This document shows, piece by piece, positions 1-14,307 of a stretch of 64,000 nt of DNA. Location of the stretch: assembly GCA_963822965.1 (NCBI GenBank), contig CAWGJT010000005.1, positions 352,001 to 416,000 on the forward strand. Direction: 5' to 3'. Position 1 is the first letter of the stretch. The number at the start of each line of letters is the position of its first letter. Under the pieces are notes generated by a model that did no database searches, was not told the origin of the DNA, and was given only the letters and a program-made list of their open reading frames with translations. The DNA is from an uncultured delta proteobacterium. GTDB lineage: Bacteria; Myxococcota_A; UBA9160; UBA4427. A program made the translations under genes and the position numbers.

Positions 1-320
1 CCTCCCTCACCGCCGGCTGCATCGCCGCGACGGGCGGCCTGGCCAAGATCGTGGGCGAGGAGGAGTTCCCGATCCACTTCCACCAGGGCCAGCGCGACAA
101 CCTCCACATCACGCTGGTGGGCGGGCGCATGATCCTGGTCGTCGTCTTCGACGAGCGCAGCTCCCTCGGCCTGGTCCGGCTGCGGGTCAAGAAGGCCGGG
201 GCGGAGCTGGCACGCGTCTTCGAGGAGATCGAGAAGAAGTCCGAACAGCAGGCGGCGTCCGGCGCGAGCCCGTTCGCCGAGATCACCGACGACGACATCG
301 ACAACCTGTTCAGCGACTGA
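1..320 (+). CDS. mglB: MglB, roadblock/LC7-domain GTPase-activating protein (5' end outside the window)
   Basis: Reads SLTAGCIAATGGLAKIVGEEEF..ILVVVFDERSSLGLVRLRVKKA..FAEITDDDIDNLFSD, matching myxobacterial MglB; lies directly upstream of mglA. Confidence 0.93.
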   Translation, partial: SLTAGCIAATGGLAKIVGEEEFPIHFHQGQRDNLHITLVGGRMILVVVFDERSSLGLVRLRVKKAGAELARVFEEIEKKSEQQAASGASPFAEITDDDIDNLFSD

Positions 321-366
321 GCGATCGCTGAGACAACACCTCACGGAAACCGGCTGACTCCGACCG

Positions 367-954
<588 letters not shown>

Positions 955-1082
955 GCGCGGGCGCACGCCCCTCTCGCGCCGTCGCTACGCCCGTTCGCCG
1001 ACCGGATCCACCCGCGTGCACCTCGCGGACTCGCCCTTCGTCCCGCTGGCGCTCCCGTCCGGTTCGTCCTTAGAATGGCGGC

Positions 1083-1905
1083 ATGCCGTTCGCGAACGTC
1101 TCCGGGCGCAAGACCTGGTACGAGGTCCACGGACCGCAGGACGAGGTCTCGGGCGGCCCGCCCCTGGTGCTGATGAACGGCGTCGGCGGATCGTGCCGCG
1201 GCTGGCTGCCGCTGCAGGTGCCCGAGCTGTCGAAGACGCGACGGGTCGATCGTCTTCGACCACCGCGGCGTCGGGCAGAGCGAGGACCCCGGCGGCGCCT
1301 TCTCGACCGCCGACCTCGCCGACGACGCGGCCGCGCTGCTGGACGCCCTCGAGATCCGGGACGCCGACGTGCTCGGCGCCTTCATGGGGGGCATGGCCGC
1401 GCAGGAGCTGGCGCTTCGCCACCCGGCGCGCGTGCGCCGCCTGGTGCTGGTGGGGACCTACGCGAAGCCCGACGCCAAGCGCCGGATGCTCCTCGAGGAC
1501 TGGGCGGCGTTGGCGCGGGCCGGCGTTCCGATGGACGGCATGATCCGCAAGCGGCTCGTCTGGACGCTCTCGGACGAGACCCTCGAGCAGACGGATCTCA
1601 TCGAGACGATGCTCGACTTCTTCGTGAAGGAGGACACGCCGGTCGGGAGCGAGCTCTTCGGACGCCAATGCGAGGCGTGCCTGCGGCACGACACGTCGGA
1701 CCGCCTGGCGGAGATCCGCCAGCCGACCCTGATCCTGTGCGGCCGCCAGGACCAGCTGACGCCGCCGAAGCTGCACCGCGAGCTCTCCGAGGGGATCCCG
1801 GGCAGCCGCCTGGTGGTCATCGACTTCGGCGCGCACCTGGTGATGGCCGAGTCGGCGGTGCGCTTCAACCAGGTGGTGCAGCAGTTCCTGGACGAGCGCG
1901 ACTGA
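1083..1905 (+). CDS. Alpha/beta hydrolase fold protein (frameshift near 1250; nucleophile position reads Phe)
   Basis: PPLVLMNGVGGS, DHRGVGQS, VLGAFMGGMAAQELALRHP, PTLILCGRQD, GAHL. Confidence 0.85.
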
Positions 1906-2619
1906 CGCGCCGAGCGCGCGGCCCGCACGTCGCACGGTTCGCAGCCGCAGGCGCGGAAGGGTGCTCCGCAGCACGGGGCTCTCGCGCAGGGCGGCCCGGA
2001 GGGTCGCCGCATCCGGCAGCGCCCGGCCCGCGGCGAAGATGCGGTTGTCGTAGTCCTCCACGTCGATGGAGACGACGGACGGGAAGCGGGCGGCCAGGGC
2101 CCGCGCGACGTCGGGGGCTTCGTCGAGGGTGTTGCAGACCAGCACGCCGTCCGGTGCCAGCCGTCGCGCCGCCAGCTCGAGCCCCGGCCGGGGAATCCAG
2201 TCGGGCTTGTGGACCGCGTCGCCACAGCCGACGAAGACGTCCTCGAGCACGGCGTCGTAGCGCCCGGCGTCCGCGCGCAGGAAGCCGAGCGCGTCCCCCT
2301 GCACCACCTCCACGCCGAGCTCGTCCAGATCGAGGTACCGTCGCGCGGCGGCGATCACCTCGCGGTCGAGCTCCACGCCGACGATGCGCGCCGCCGGCGC
2401 CAGCGCGCGCACGATGCGCGCCGCACTGCCGCCCCCCAGGCCCAGCACGAGAACGTTGCGCCGGCGACCCACGGGAAGGCTCAGCAGAGGCGCGGCGATG
2501 GCGTCCCACACCGAGCCCGTCGTGACCGACCCCGGCCGGTAGAACGACGCGAAGGTGCCGTCGACGATGAGCTCCCGCCCCGCGCGACCGCCCTGCACGT
2601 GAACGCGCCGGCTCTGCAT
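1906..2619 (-). CDS. Spermidine-synthase-like class I SAM-dependent transferase (3' end uncertain, no nearby in-frame stop)
   Basis: ATG 2619 after a GGAGG RBS; VLVLGLGGGS, VGVELDREV, VVQGDALGFL, YDAVLEDVF. Confidence 0.75.
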
Positions 2620-2740
2620 CGGTCTCCTCCCTCCGTCTCCGTCGGCTCTCGTCCGTCTCCGTCGGCTTTCTTCGGTCGGCTTTCTTGGCCTCGGGGGCCA
2701 CCGCCTTTCCGGCGAGCAGCGACCGCATACAATTGCGCCC

Positions 2741-5242
2741 ATGCAGGCCCCGCTCTTCCAGGACGAGACGCACGACGAGGCCATCGGCCCGCGCGTGCTC
2801 GTCCGGATCGCCCTGCCCGTGCCGATCGACTCCCTGTTCGACTACGTCGTGCCCGAGGCGATGGTCGAGAATGCCCGACCCGGCCATCGCGCGCTCGTGC
2901 CGTTTGCGGGGCGACGGCTCACCGGCGTGATCGTCGAGCGGCTCGAGGCCGCGCCGGCGGGAGACGCGCGCCGGCTGGCGCGGGTCGAGCGCCTGGTGGA
3001 CGACGAGCCGGTGGTCTCGCCGGCGATGATCGAGCTGCTCCTCCGGGCGGCGCACGATCGGCTGTGCCCCGTGGGCCTGGCGCTCAACCACGCGCTGCCG
3101 CCGGGCTCCGCGCCCCGCATCGCCCATCGTCTCGGGCTGACCGAGCGCGGCCGCCGGGCGCTCGCGGACGGCGTCGCGAGCGACCCCGCGCGCCGGGTGC
3201 TGGAAGCGCTGCGCGAAGGCCCCCTGACCCCCGCCACCCTGGCCCGGCGGCTCTCCGGGCAGGATCCCCCGGTTCGCGAGCTCACCCGCGACGGCCTCGT
3301 CGCGAAGCTGCAGGTGGAGACGGGACCTGGCGCCCGCGAGGCCCGGGAGCGGGTGGCGTTGCTGGCGCCGGGGCTCGACCTGGAGGCCACCTGCTCGGGT
3401 CCCCTCGCCCGGGCCCCGAAGCAGGCCGAGCTGCTGCGTCGCGTCGCGCGCGAGGGCGAGGTCGCCACCCGGGAGCTCAGCGCGGAGACCGCCACGGCGA
3501 CGGCGTTGCTGCGCACCCTCGAGCGCCGGGGCTTCGTCCAGCTGCGCGAGCGAATCGCACCCCGGGACGTGCTCGGCCCGCCGACCGCCCGGGACGAGCA
3601 GCTCCCCCTCACCCCCGAGCAGGCCGACGCCCTGCAGGCGATCGAGGAGGCGATGGCCGCGGGCCGGGCCCAGCGCTTCCTGCTCCACGGCGTGACCGGC
3701 AGCGGCAAGACCGAGGTGTACCTGCGCGCCGTGGACCGCGCACTGCGCGACGGCCGCCAGGCCCTCGTGCTCGTCCCCGAGATCACCCTCACCCATCAGA
3801 TCGTCGCCCGCCTGCGCGCCCGCTTCGGCGACGATCTCGCCGTGCTGCACAGCGGCCTGCGACCCGGCGAGCGTCTCGAGCAGTGGCAGCGCCTTCGCCG
3901 GGGCGAGGTGTCCATCGCCGTGGGGGCGCGCAGCGCGCTCTTCGCTCCCATCGAGCGGCTGGGCGTGATCGTCGTCGACGAGGAGCACGACCCCGCCTAC
4001 AAGAACGAGGAGGGCTTTCGCTACCACGCGCGCGATCTCGCCCTGCGCCGGGCGCGGCTCGCCGGATGTCCGGTCGTGCTCGGAACGGCCACGCCCGCCC
4101 TCGAAACCCGCTACGAGGCCGAGCAGGGGGAGATCCGGCGCCTGGTCCTGAGCCGCCGCATCGGTGGCCGCCCGCTGCCGGCCGTCGAGATGGTGGATCT
4201 CGTGGCCGAGCGCGCGAAGGCGCCGCGTGGGCGCAAGCTGATCCTCGCCGGCCCCCTGCGCCGGGCCATGCGGGAGACGCTCGCCGCCGGTGGCCAGACC
4301 ATCCTCTTCCTCAACCGCCGCGGATTCTCCACCCAGGTCTACTGCTTCGACTGCGGCTTCGCCGAGCGCTGCAAGGACTGCGACGTCGCGCTCGTCTACC
4401 ACGCGGGCGAGAACCGCCTCCGCTGCCACTACTGCGACCACGGCAAGCCGCCGCCGGCGGTGTGCGGCGGCTGCGGATCGCCGGACACGGCGCTGCTCGG
4501 GCTGGGAACCGAGCGCGTGGAGGAGGAGGTGCGAACGCTCTTCCCCGCCGCACGGATCGCGCGCCTCGACCGCGACACCGCCCAGCGGCGCGGCCACACG
4601 GAGAGCGTGCTGCGAGCCCTGCGGGAGCGGGAGGTCGACGTGCTGATCGGCACGCAGATGGTCGCCAAGGGTCACGACTTCCCGGGCGTGCAGCTCGTGG
4701 GCGTCGTCGCCGCCGACCTCGGGCTGCACATGCCGGACTTCCGGGCGGCCGAGCGCACCTTCCAGGTCCTGACCCAGGTGGCCGGCCGGGCGGGACGCGC
4801 CGGAACGCCCGGGCCGCGTCGTGCTGCAGACCTTCGTGCCGGACCACTACGCGATCCGCCCCGTGCGCGACCACGACTACGAGAGCTTCTACCGCGAAGA
4901 GCTCGAGCAGCGTGCGCAGGTGGGCTACCCGCCGTTCACGCGCCTGTGCCAGGTGCTCGTCTCCGGTCCCGACGAGGGCGCGACCCGCGACGCCGCCTGC
5001 GCACTCGCGGCCGTCGCCGGCGCCGGCCTGCCGGGCGCCACCGGGACGGGGGGCGTGGAGGTGCTGGGCCCGGCGCCCGCCCCGCTCGCCCGGCTGCGCG
5101 GCCGCTACCGCTTCCAGCTGCTGCTCAAGAGCGCCGACCTGCCGTTCTCGAGCCGCTCGCCCGGCGCATCGCGGAGCGGGCCACCGCGCTCCCCAAGCCG
5201 CTCCGCGCCGTCGTGGACGTGGACCCGGGGAGCATGCTTTAG
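2741..5242 (+). CDS. priA: Primosomal protein N' (frameshifts near 4810 and 5145)
   Basis: HGVTGSGKTEVY, DEEHD, CFDC/CKDC/CHYC/CGGC zinc sites, GTQMVAKGHDFP, QVAGRAGR. Confidence 0.96.
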   Translation: MQAPLFQDETHDEAIGPRVLVRIALPVPIDSLFDYVVPEAMVENARPGHRALVPFAGRRLTGVIVERLEAAPAGDARRLARVERLVDDEPVVSPAMIELLLRAAHDRLCPVGLALNHALPPGSAPRIAHRLGLTERGRRALADGVASDPARRVLEALREGPLTPATLARRLSGQDPPVRELTRDGLVAKLQVETGPGAREARERVALLAPGLDLEATCSGPLARAPKQAELLRRVAREGEVATRELSAETATATALLRTLERRGFVQLRERIAPRDVLGPPTARDEQLPLTPEQADALQAIEEAMAAGRAQRFLLHGVTGSGKTEVYLRAVDRALRDGRQALVLVPEITLTHQIVARLRARFGDDLAVLHSGLRPGERLEQWQRLRRGEVSIAVGARSALFAPIERLGVIVVDEEHDPAYKNEEGFRYHARDLALRRARLAGCPVVLGTATPALETRYEAEQGEIRRLVLSRRIGGRPLPAVEMVDLVAERAKAPRGRKLILAGPLRRAMRETLAAGGQTILFLNRRGFSTQVYCFDCGFAERCKDCDVALVYHAGENRLRCHYCDHGKPPPAVCGGCGSPDTALLGLGTERVEEEVRTLFPAARIARLDRDTAQRRGHTESVLRALREREVDVLIGTQMVAKGHDFPGVQLVGVVAADLGLHMPDFRAAERTFQVLTQVAGRAGRAGTPGPRRAADLRAGPLRDPPRARPRLRELLPRRARAACAGGLPAVHAPVPGARLRSRRGRDPRRRLRTRGRRRRRPAGRHRDGGRGGAGPGARPARPAARPLPLPAAAQERRPAVLEPLARRIAERATALPKPLRAVVDVDPGSML

Positions 5243-5323
5243 GCGAGCCGCCGAACGCGTTACCCTCGGCCGGGCCCCGCCCCGAAGCCTCGACGCGACG
5301 CGCGGCATCCCAACCGGAGTTCC

Positions 5324-5860
5324 ATGGCCCCGCTGCAAGTCCTGCAATTTCCCGATCCCCGCCTGAAGCTCGTGAGCGAGCCGGTGCCGGCCGTCGACGA
5401 CGCCCTGCGCACCCTCGCCGCGGAGATGCTCCAGGTGATGTACGACGAGCCGGGCATCGGGCTGGCCGCGCCCCAGGTGGGCCACGCCATCCGGCTCGTG
5501 GTGATGGACACGGACTGGAGCGAGGAGGGGGCGGCGCGCAACCCCGCCGTCATCGTGAACCCCGAGATCCTGAGCCGGGAGGGGCGGATCACCTGGACCG
5601 AGGGCTGCCTCTCGGTGCCCGACTTCAACGCCGACGTGGAGCGCTCCGAGCACATCGTGGTCCGCTACCAGGACCTCGACGGCCAGGAGGTGACCGAGGA
5701 CGTGACGGGCCTGCGCGCGGTCTGCTTCCAGCACGAGATCGACCACCTCGACGGCATCCTCTTCATCGACCGCATCAGCCGACTGAAGCGCAGCCTCTAC
5801 GTCAAGCGCCGCCGCAAGCAGCTGCGCGAGGAAGAGGAGCCCGCGAGCCTCGGTGGCTGA
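5324..5860 (+). CDS. def: Peptide deformylase
   Basis: GIGLAAPQVG, EGCLS and QHEIDHLDG motifs. Confidence 0.97.
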   Translation: MAPLQVLQFPDPRLKLVSEPVPAVDDALRTLAAEMLQVMYDEPGIGLAAPQVGHAIRLVVMDTDWSEEGAARNPAVIVNPEILSREGRITWTEGCLSVPDFNADVERSEHIVVRYQDLDGQEVTEDVTGLRAVCFQHEIDHLDGILFIDRISRLKRSLYVKRRRKQLREEEEPASLGG

Positions 5861-5875
5861 GCCCCGAACGCCGCC

Positions 5876-8487
<2,612 letters not shown>

Positions 8488-8491
<4 letters not shown>

Positions 8492-9157
8492 GCGCCCGAG
8501 CGCCGCGCATCGCGCCGTCGATCCTGTCCGCGGACTTCGGACGCCTGGCCGAGGAGGTGCCGGCGATCGAGGAGGCGGGGGCCGACTGGGTGCACGTCGA
8601 CGTCATGGACGGCCACTTCGTGCCGAACATCACCATCGGCCCGGTCGTGGTGGAGGCGGTTCGTCGCGCCACCGCGCCTGCCCCTGGACGTGCACCTGAT
8701 GATCGTGGAGCCCGAGCGCTACGTGGAGGACTTCCGCGCCGCGGGAGCCGACGTGATCGGCGTCCACGTCGAGACCTGCCCGCACCTGCACCGCACCCTG
8801 GCGCAGATCCGCGAGAGCGGCGCCCGCGCCAGCGTGGTGCTGAATCCTTCCACGCCCGCGATCGCCATCGAGCCCGTGATCGGCGACGTCGACCAGGTGC
8901 TGGTGATGACCGTGAACCCGGGCTTCGGAGGCCAGCGCTTCATCCACTCGATGCTGCCGAAGATCGAGCAGATCCGCGGCTGGATCGACGCGCGGGGTCT
9001 CGACGTCGATCTCGAGGTCGACGGCGGCGTCAGCACGGAGACCATCCTGGCCGCCGCCGCGGCCGGCGCCGACGTGTTCGTGGCCGGCACGGCGGTGTTC
9101 GGGGCCGACGACTACGGCGAGGCCATTGCCGCCCTGCGCGACAAGGCCGGGCGCTGA
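8488..9157 (+). CDS. rpe: Ribulose-phosphate 3-epimerase (frameshift near 8675)
   Basis: [47 protein letters not shown]. Confidence 0.96.
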
Positions 9158-9173
9158 CGCTGCGCTCGGTCGT

Positions 9174-9277
9174 GACTGGGTTACTGCCCAATGGGGATTC
9201 GTCGACTCGCTGGCGTGTCTCCCCTCACGAGTCGGACTGGGTTGCTGCCCATGGGGATTCGTCGACTCGCTGGCGTG
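9174..9277 (+). repeat. ~44-bp direct repeat duplicating the start region of the next gene
   Basis: GACTGGGTT(A/G)CTGCCCA(A)TGGGGATTCGTCGACTCGCTGGCGTG at 9174-9217 and 9235-9277. Confidence 0.9.
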
Positions 9278-10102
9278 GTGCTGGCGGTCGCTTCCGCGGT
9301 CGTGGTCGCGCGGGGCGCTGCCGCGGACGATCTCGGTCCCGGGTCTCTCGGCGCCGATCCCCGGGCGACGATGACCGGCCGCGAGATCTACCAGCGCGTC
9401 CTCGACAACAGCTTCCGATCCTTCATCCAGGAATCGAGCCTCGTCTCCGGCGACCGCGGCGGAAACGCCCAGGAGAGCCGCTTCAAGATGTGGTTCGAGG
9501 ACCTGAGCGACCCGAACCACGAGCAGCCCAAGGGCACCGTCGTGGCTCGCAGCCTCGTGCAGTACACGCACCCCTTCGACATCCGCCATTCGGGCTATCT
9601 CGTCCTGTCGAGACTCGACGCGATGAACGACCAGTTCGTCTACCTCTCGAGCCAACGCCGGGTCAAGCGCGTCAACCTGCGCGGCGAGGCGGTCTTCGGC
9701 ACCGACTTCAGCTTCGAGGACATCCTGCCCCGCCAGATCGAGGACGCGGTCTACACCCGGCTCGCGGACGCCGAGACCGAAGGGATCCCCTGCTTCGTGG
9801 TCGAGGCCGTCCCCAAGCCCGACACGAACTCGGAGTACTCCCGCCTCCAGGTCTACGTCGACAAGGACCGCTACGTGCCGGTGCTGACCCGCTACTGGGA
9901 CGACCGCGAGGTGGAGGTAAAGGAGCTTCGCGCCGAGCCCTCGCAGATCGAGCACGTCGACGGCGTGTGGGTGCCGAAGAAGCTCACCATGCGCCACCTC
10001 CGCCTCGACTCCTACACCACCCTGCAGATCCGCGAGCTCGAGGCCAACCCCGACCTGCCCAAGACCACCTTCGAGCTGCGCCGCCTGGAGGGCGGGCGCT
10101 AG
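9251..10102 (+). CDS. LolA-like 'outer membrane lipoprotein-sorting' periplasmic protein
   Basis: Signal peptide; [15 protein letters not shown] and [11 protein letters not shown] motifs; C-terminal NPDLPKTTF; adjacent to an MMPL/RND gene. Confidence 0.8.
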   Translation: MGIRRLAGVVLAVASAVVVARGAAADDLGPGSLGADPRATMTGREIYQRVLDNSFRSFIQESSLVSGDRGGNAQESRFKMWFEDLSDPNHEQPKGTVVARSLVQYTHPFDIRHSGYLVLSRLDAMNDQFVYLSSQRRVKRVNLRGEAVFGTDFSFEDILPRQIEDAVYTRLADAETEGIPCFVVEAVPKPDTNSEYSRLQVYVDKDRYVPVLTRYWDDREVEVKELRAEPSQIEHVDGVWVPKKLTMRHLRLDSYTTLQIRELEANPDLPKTTFELRRLEGGR

Positions 10103-10152
10103 GGGTTGCCTCCAGGACGAGGTCCTGGGTCGCGGTTACCGCCGTCTTCGCC

Positions 10153-12549
10153 TCAGAGCTTCGCGCGCACCAGGATCGCCGGCAGCAGGATCAGGTCGCT
10201 GCACAGGCAGATCACCATGGTGAGCGCGGAGAGCAGCCCGAACTCCCGCAGGGTGGCGAAGTTCGAGAGCGTCACCATCAGGAAGCCCAGGGAGATCACC
10301 ACGGACGTGATGACGATGGGCCGGCCGACGAAGCGCGTGGTGCGGAGCGCCGCGGCGCGCGGGTCGGCGCCCAGCCTCCGCTCCGCGCGGTAGCGCACCA
10401 CGTAGTGCACCGTGTCGTCGATGGCGATGCCGAGGGCCATGCACCCGATCAGGCTCGTGGGCAGCGAGAGCGGCGCCGCGCCCATCCCCAGGATTCCGAA
10501 GTAGATGAGCACGGGGACGAGGTTGGGCACCATCGCCACGGCGCCGATGCCGAACGAGCGCAGCCCCAGGGACACCAGCAGGAAGATCGAGATGGCCGCG
10601 ATGGCGACGCTCACCGGCTGCCCCTTGGCGATGCCGTCGGCGCTGCGGGCGAGCAGGATGGCGTTGCCCGTGACCCGGGCCGTGACGCCGTCCGGCAGGT
10701 CGACCTGCGCGATCTCGGCGTCGATGGCGTTCGTGAGGCGCAGGATATCCGAGGAGCCCACCTCGCCCGTTCGGACGATCACGTTCGCGCGGCCGTGGTT
10801 CACGGTGGTGAAGCGCTGCAGCTCGTTCTTCGGAATCATGAAGAGGAGCTCGGTCACCCCGGGCCGGGTGTCGGGAATGCGCTCGTAGGCCGGATCGTCC
10901 TTGTTGAAGGCCCGGTTCAGCATGCGCATGGAGTCGGCGAAGGAGAGCGTCCGCCCCACCCCTTCGACGCCGTCGATCCGGCGCTGGATCTCCTCCATGG
11001 CGCGCACCACCGCGGGCTCCCGGAAGGTTCCGGGCTCGGGCGCGTCGAGCACCACGTAGATCGGCACGGCGCCCGCGAGCCTCGCATTCACCGCCTCGAA
11101 GTCCACGCGGACGGGATCGCGCTCGTCGAAGTAGGAGAGGTAGTCGGTGTCGATCACGATTCGCGGCACGAGCAGCGCGGCGACCACCGTCACGACGCCG
11201 AAGCCGACCAGCACGGGAGTGGCCGACGACGAGACCCGTCCGGCGAGCGCCGTCAGGTGGTCGTCGAGCCAGCTTCCCAGACGGCCCGAGACACGCGCTC
11301 GAGGCGTGGAGCGCAGGGGCAGCAGCGCCAGGGTGGCGGGCGCGCCGACCAGGCAGCCCACGGTGATGGCCGCGATCCCCAGCATGGAGAAGGCGCCGAG
11401 CTCGAACACCGCAGGCACGTCGGTGACCAGCAGGGCCGCGAAGCCCAGGATCGTGGTGAGCCCGGCGATCGTCACGGGCACGAACATGTGGCGCAGGCAG
11501 GCGAGCGACGCGTGCCGCGAGTCGGCCTCGCGAGCGGCCTCCTCCTGGTAGCGCGCCAGCATGTGCACCCCGTAGATGCTGCCGATGGCCAGCAGCATGG
11601 GACCGACGAGGCCCGTCAGCAGGGTGAGCGAGTGCCCCAGGAAGGCCATGGAGCCGAAGGTCCAGAGCACCGAGGAGAGGGCGACGGCCAGGGGCAGCAG
11701 CACCCCGCGCAGGCTGCCCGACGTGAACCACAGCATCACCATCATCGCGAGGATGCTGAGAGGCAGCACGAACCCCAGGTCGCGGACCATGCCGTCGTAG
11801 ACGTGCGTCTTGAAGTGCGGCCGACCGGAGACGAAGTAGTCGTGGCCCCGCAGCGCCGGCTCCTCGTCGAGGATCTGGATGATGCGGTCGTCGAGCCGCG
11901 CGTCGATCAGCTCGGCGTCGGTCATCTTGCGGAAGTTGATGTTGATGGCGGCGGTGCGTCCGTCGGCGGACACGATGGAGCGGACGTACACCGGATCCGC
12001 GAGGGCGCGCCGGCGCAGCTCCGCCAGCTCGGCCGGGTCCGTGGGCACGTCCTCGATGAAGGGCCGCACCTCGACCCAGTCGTCGGCCGCCACGTAGCGG
12101 AAGGACGTGACGTCCATCAGGCTGCTGATGGACCGGACCTCCGGCATCTGGGCGATCTTCGTGGAGACCCGGTCGATGGCTTCGAGGCATTCGGTCGTGA
12201 AGACCTCGTCGCAGCCGATGGCCACCACGTAGACCTCGTCGTCCCCGAAGTCGAGAACCGCGCTGTGGTAGAGATCCTGGCCCGGATCACCCGCGGGCAG
12301 GAGGGGCTCGGTGGACGGGTCGAGGACGAGGTTCAGGCCCGGGGGATCGACGCGAAAGAGGCTGACCCCGGCGGCGACGGAGACGATCGTCAGCAGCGCC
12401 AGCACGCTGCGGGGACGGTCCACGATCCATTCCGGCCGGCGGGAGGCCACGACGAGCGCGAGGACCACGACCCCGGTGACGGCCGCTGCGAACGCCCACT
12501 CCAGGCCGACCCCGGACTGCAGGGACGCGAGACCGGTCGTCTCTCCCAA
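10153..12549 (-). CDS. MMPL/RND-family transporter
   Basis: 798 aa with a duplicated TM plus periplasmic-domain architecture; [26 protein letters not shown]. Confidence 0.9.
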   Translation of the reverse strand: MGETTGLASLQSGVGLEWAFAAAVTGVVVLALVVASRRPEWIVDRPRSVLALLTIVSVAAGVSLFRVDPPGLNLVLDPSTEPLLPAGDPGQDLYHSAVLDFGDDEVYVVAIGCDEVFTTECLEAIDRVSTKIAQMPEVRSISSLMDVTSFRYVAADDWVEVRPFIEDVPTDPAELAELRRRALADPVYVRSIVSADGRTAAININFRKMTDAELIDARLDDRIIQILDEEPALRGHDYFVSGRPHFKTHVYDGMVRDLGFVLPLSILAMMVMLWFTSGSLRGVLLPLAVALSSVLWTFGSMAFLGHSLTLLTGLVGPMLLAIGSIYGVHMLARYQEEAAREADSRHASLACLRHMFVPVTIAGLTTILGFAALLVTDVPAVFELGAFSMLGIAAITVGCLVGAPATLALLPLRSTPRARVSGRLGSWLDDHLTALAGRVSSSATPVLVGFGVVTVVAALLVPRIVIDTDYLSYFDERDPVRVDFEAVNARLAGAVPIYVVLDAPEPGTFREPAVVRAMEEIQRRIDGVEGVGRTLSFADSMRMLNRAFNKDDPAYERIPDTRPGVTELLFMIPKNELQRFTTVNHGRANVIVRTGEVGSSDILRLTNAIDAEIAQVDLPDGVTARVTGNAILLARSADGIAKGQPVSVAIAAISIFLLVSLGLRSFGIGAVAMVPNLVPVLIYFGILGMGAAPLSLPTSLIGCMALGIAIDDTVHYVVRYRAERRLGADPRAAALRTTRFVGRPIVITSVVISLGFLMVTLSNFATLREFGLLSALTMVICLCSDLILLPAILVRAKL

Positions 12550-12723
12550 TGCACCTCCCTCGCGAGTCGGAGACGACCCGGGGCCCCCTCCGGTTCCGTA
12601 GACCGGCCGGCTCCCGCATCGCGGGAGGCCCGATGGTACGCGGATCCGGACCCGCCTGCGCGACGGACCGCCGCCCGGAGGGCCCCCGCTGCCGGCCCCG
12701 CAGCCCCACCCGCCGGCCCCAGC

Positions 12724-12752
12724 TTGAGCCCGCCCCGAATAGGCGCCATACT
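12724..12752 (+). promoter_or_regulatory. Sigma70-like promoter of tRNA-Pro
   Basis: TTGAGC-N17-CATACT ending 12 bp before the tRNA. Confidence 0.6.
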
Positions 12753-12764
12753 CGGCCGCCGTGT

Positions 12765-12841
<77 letters not shown>

Positions 12842-12844
12842 TTA

Positions 12845-13020
12845 CCGCGATTCGGGCCGCAGGCCCGAATCGCTGGGCCGCAGGCGCTTTTTCCGCGATT
12901 CGGGCCGCAGGCCCGAATCGCTGGGCCGCGGGCGCTTTCCTTTCGCGGCTCGGCCTTCGGCCCGAATTACTTCGCCGCGGGCGCCCGCGATTCCGAGCCT
13001 TGGCCCCGAATCGCTTCGCC
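12845..13020. repeat. REP-like palindromic tandem repeat (48-bp unit twice plus degenerate copies), possibly also the tRNA terminator
   Basis: Perfect hairpin GCGATTCGGGCC-GCA-GGCCCGAATCGC at 12847 and 12895; each unit ends in a T-rich tract. Confidence 0.8.
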
Positions 13021-13033
13021 TCGGGTGACTCGG

Positions 13034-13423
13034 CTACAGGCGCGCGACGATGGCGTCGAGGATTCGCTCTGCGGCGTCGTCGTCGATCCAGCCGACTCGC
13101 ACGCTGATGCGGGTCTCGCCGGACTTCCTGACGTTCACCAGGATCTCGACCCGGTCCTTCTGGGCCGTGAGCCCCTCCACGTGGCCGTCGACCGCGGTGG
13201 CGGCGTGCTCCTTCACCTGGATGTCCATGTTCGTCAGCGCCGCCCGAGCCGCATCGACCACCTTGCGCGGATCGGCGTCGACGTCCCGGCGGGCGGCGCC
13301 GTAGTACCAGGCGGCGCCCGCGCCGGCGCCCGCGCCGGCCACGAAGAGCAGACAGCCCTGGAGCGGGACCGTCAGTGAGGCCAGAGCCAGTGTCACGACC
13401 AGGGAGCGAGCGCTTCGACGCAT
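13034..13423 (-). CDS. Small lipoprotein, DUF3568-like
   Basis: Lipobox LQGC followed by Gly/Ala-rich AGAGAGAGAA; C-terminal [16 protein letters not shown]. Confidence 0.7.
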   Translation of the reverse strand: MRRSARSLVVTLALASLTVPLQGCLLFVAGAGAGAGAAWYYGAARRDVDADPRKVVDAARAALTNMDIQVKEHAATAVDGHVEGLTAQKDRVEILVNVRKSGETRISVRVGWIDDDAAERILDAIVARL

Positions 13424-13551
13424 GGTGCCGCCACGATAGCTCGTCGATGCGCGCCAACGCCCCTTCTCGCCAATCCATCGCCGACACCCGTCCACGCGCG
13501 ATGCTTCGAGGTATCCTCCCGCCCCTCACAACGACTCGGGAGACGACTTCG

Positions 13552-14307
13552 ATGCGACTCGACGGAAAGGTGGCGCTGGTGACGGGCGGCTCTCGCGGCA
13601 TCGGCAAGGGGATCGCGCGCGCGTTCGCGGAGGCGGGCGCTCGCGTGATGATCACGTCCCGCAACGCGGACAGCTGTGAAGCCGCGGCGAAGGAGCTGGG
13701 CGACGCGGTCGACTTCGAGCCGGGTCACATCGGTCGCAGCGAAGACGCCGAGCGCGTGGTCGACGCCACCCTGAGTCGCCTCGGGCGTCTCGACATCCTG
13801 GTGAACAACGCCGCCACGAATCCCTACGCGGGACCCACCATCGACGTGGACCGGCCGCGCTGGGACAAGACCCTCGAGATCAACCTCACGGCACCCCTGT
13901 TCTGGACCCAGCTCGCCTGGCGACGCAGCCTGAAGGAGAACGGCGGCGCGGTGATCCACATCTCGAGCGTCGGCGGACTCTCGACGAATCCCATTCTCGG
14001 CGTCTACGACGTCACGAAGGCCGCGCTCATCCATCTCACGAAGCAGCTCGCCGCCGAGCTCGCGCCGAAGGTGCGGGTCAACGCGATCGCACCCGGCCTC
14101 ATTCGCACGGACTTCGCGCGCGCGCTGTGGGAGGGCGACAAGGGCGAGCAGGTGGCCCGCACGTACCCGCTCGAGCGGCTGGGCGAGCCCGAGGACGTGG
14201 GAGCGGCTGCGCTCTACCTGGCCGACGACGCGTCCAGCGGCTGGGTCACCGGCCAGACCCTCGTCCTGGACGGAGGCGGCCTGGTGGGCTTCAGCCGCGT
14301 CGGCTGA
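13552..14307 (+). CDS. Short-chain dehydrogenase/reductase
   Basis: TGGSRGIG, NNAA, YDVTK and VRVNAIAPG motifs. Confidence 0.95.
   Translation: MRLDGKVALVTGGSRGIGKGIARAFAEAGARVMITSRNADSCEAAAKELGDAVDFEPGHIGRSEDAERVVDATLSRLGRLDILVNNAATNPYAGPTIDVDRPRWDKTLEINLTAPLFWTQLAWRRSLKENGGAVIHISSVGGLSTNPILGVYDVTKAALIHLTKQLAAELAPKVRVNAIAPGLIRTDFARALWEGDKGEQVARTYPLERLGEPEDVGAAALYLADDASSGWVTGQTLVLDGGGLVGFSRVG

Noticed and set aside
985..1905. Genuine long antisense overlap of the SAM-transferase ORF with the hydrolase
   Set aside because: The extension is the antisense shadow of the hydrolase; a lost stop or indel near 1906-1930 is more likely.
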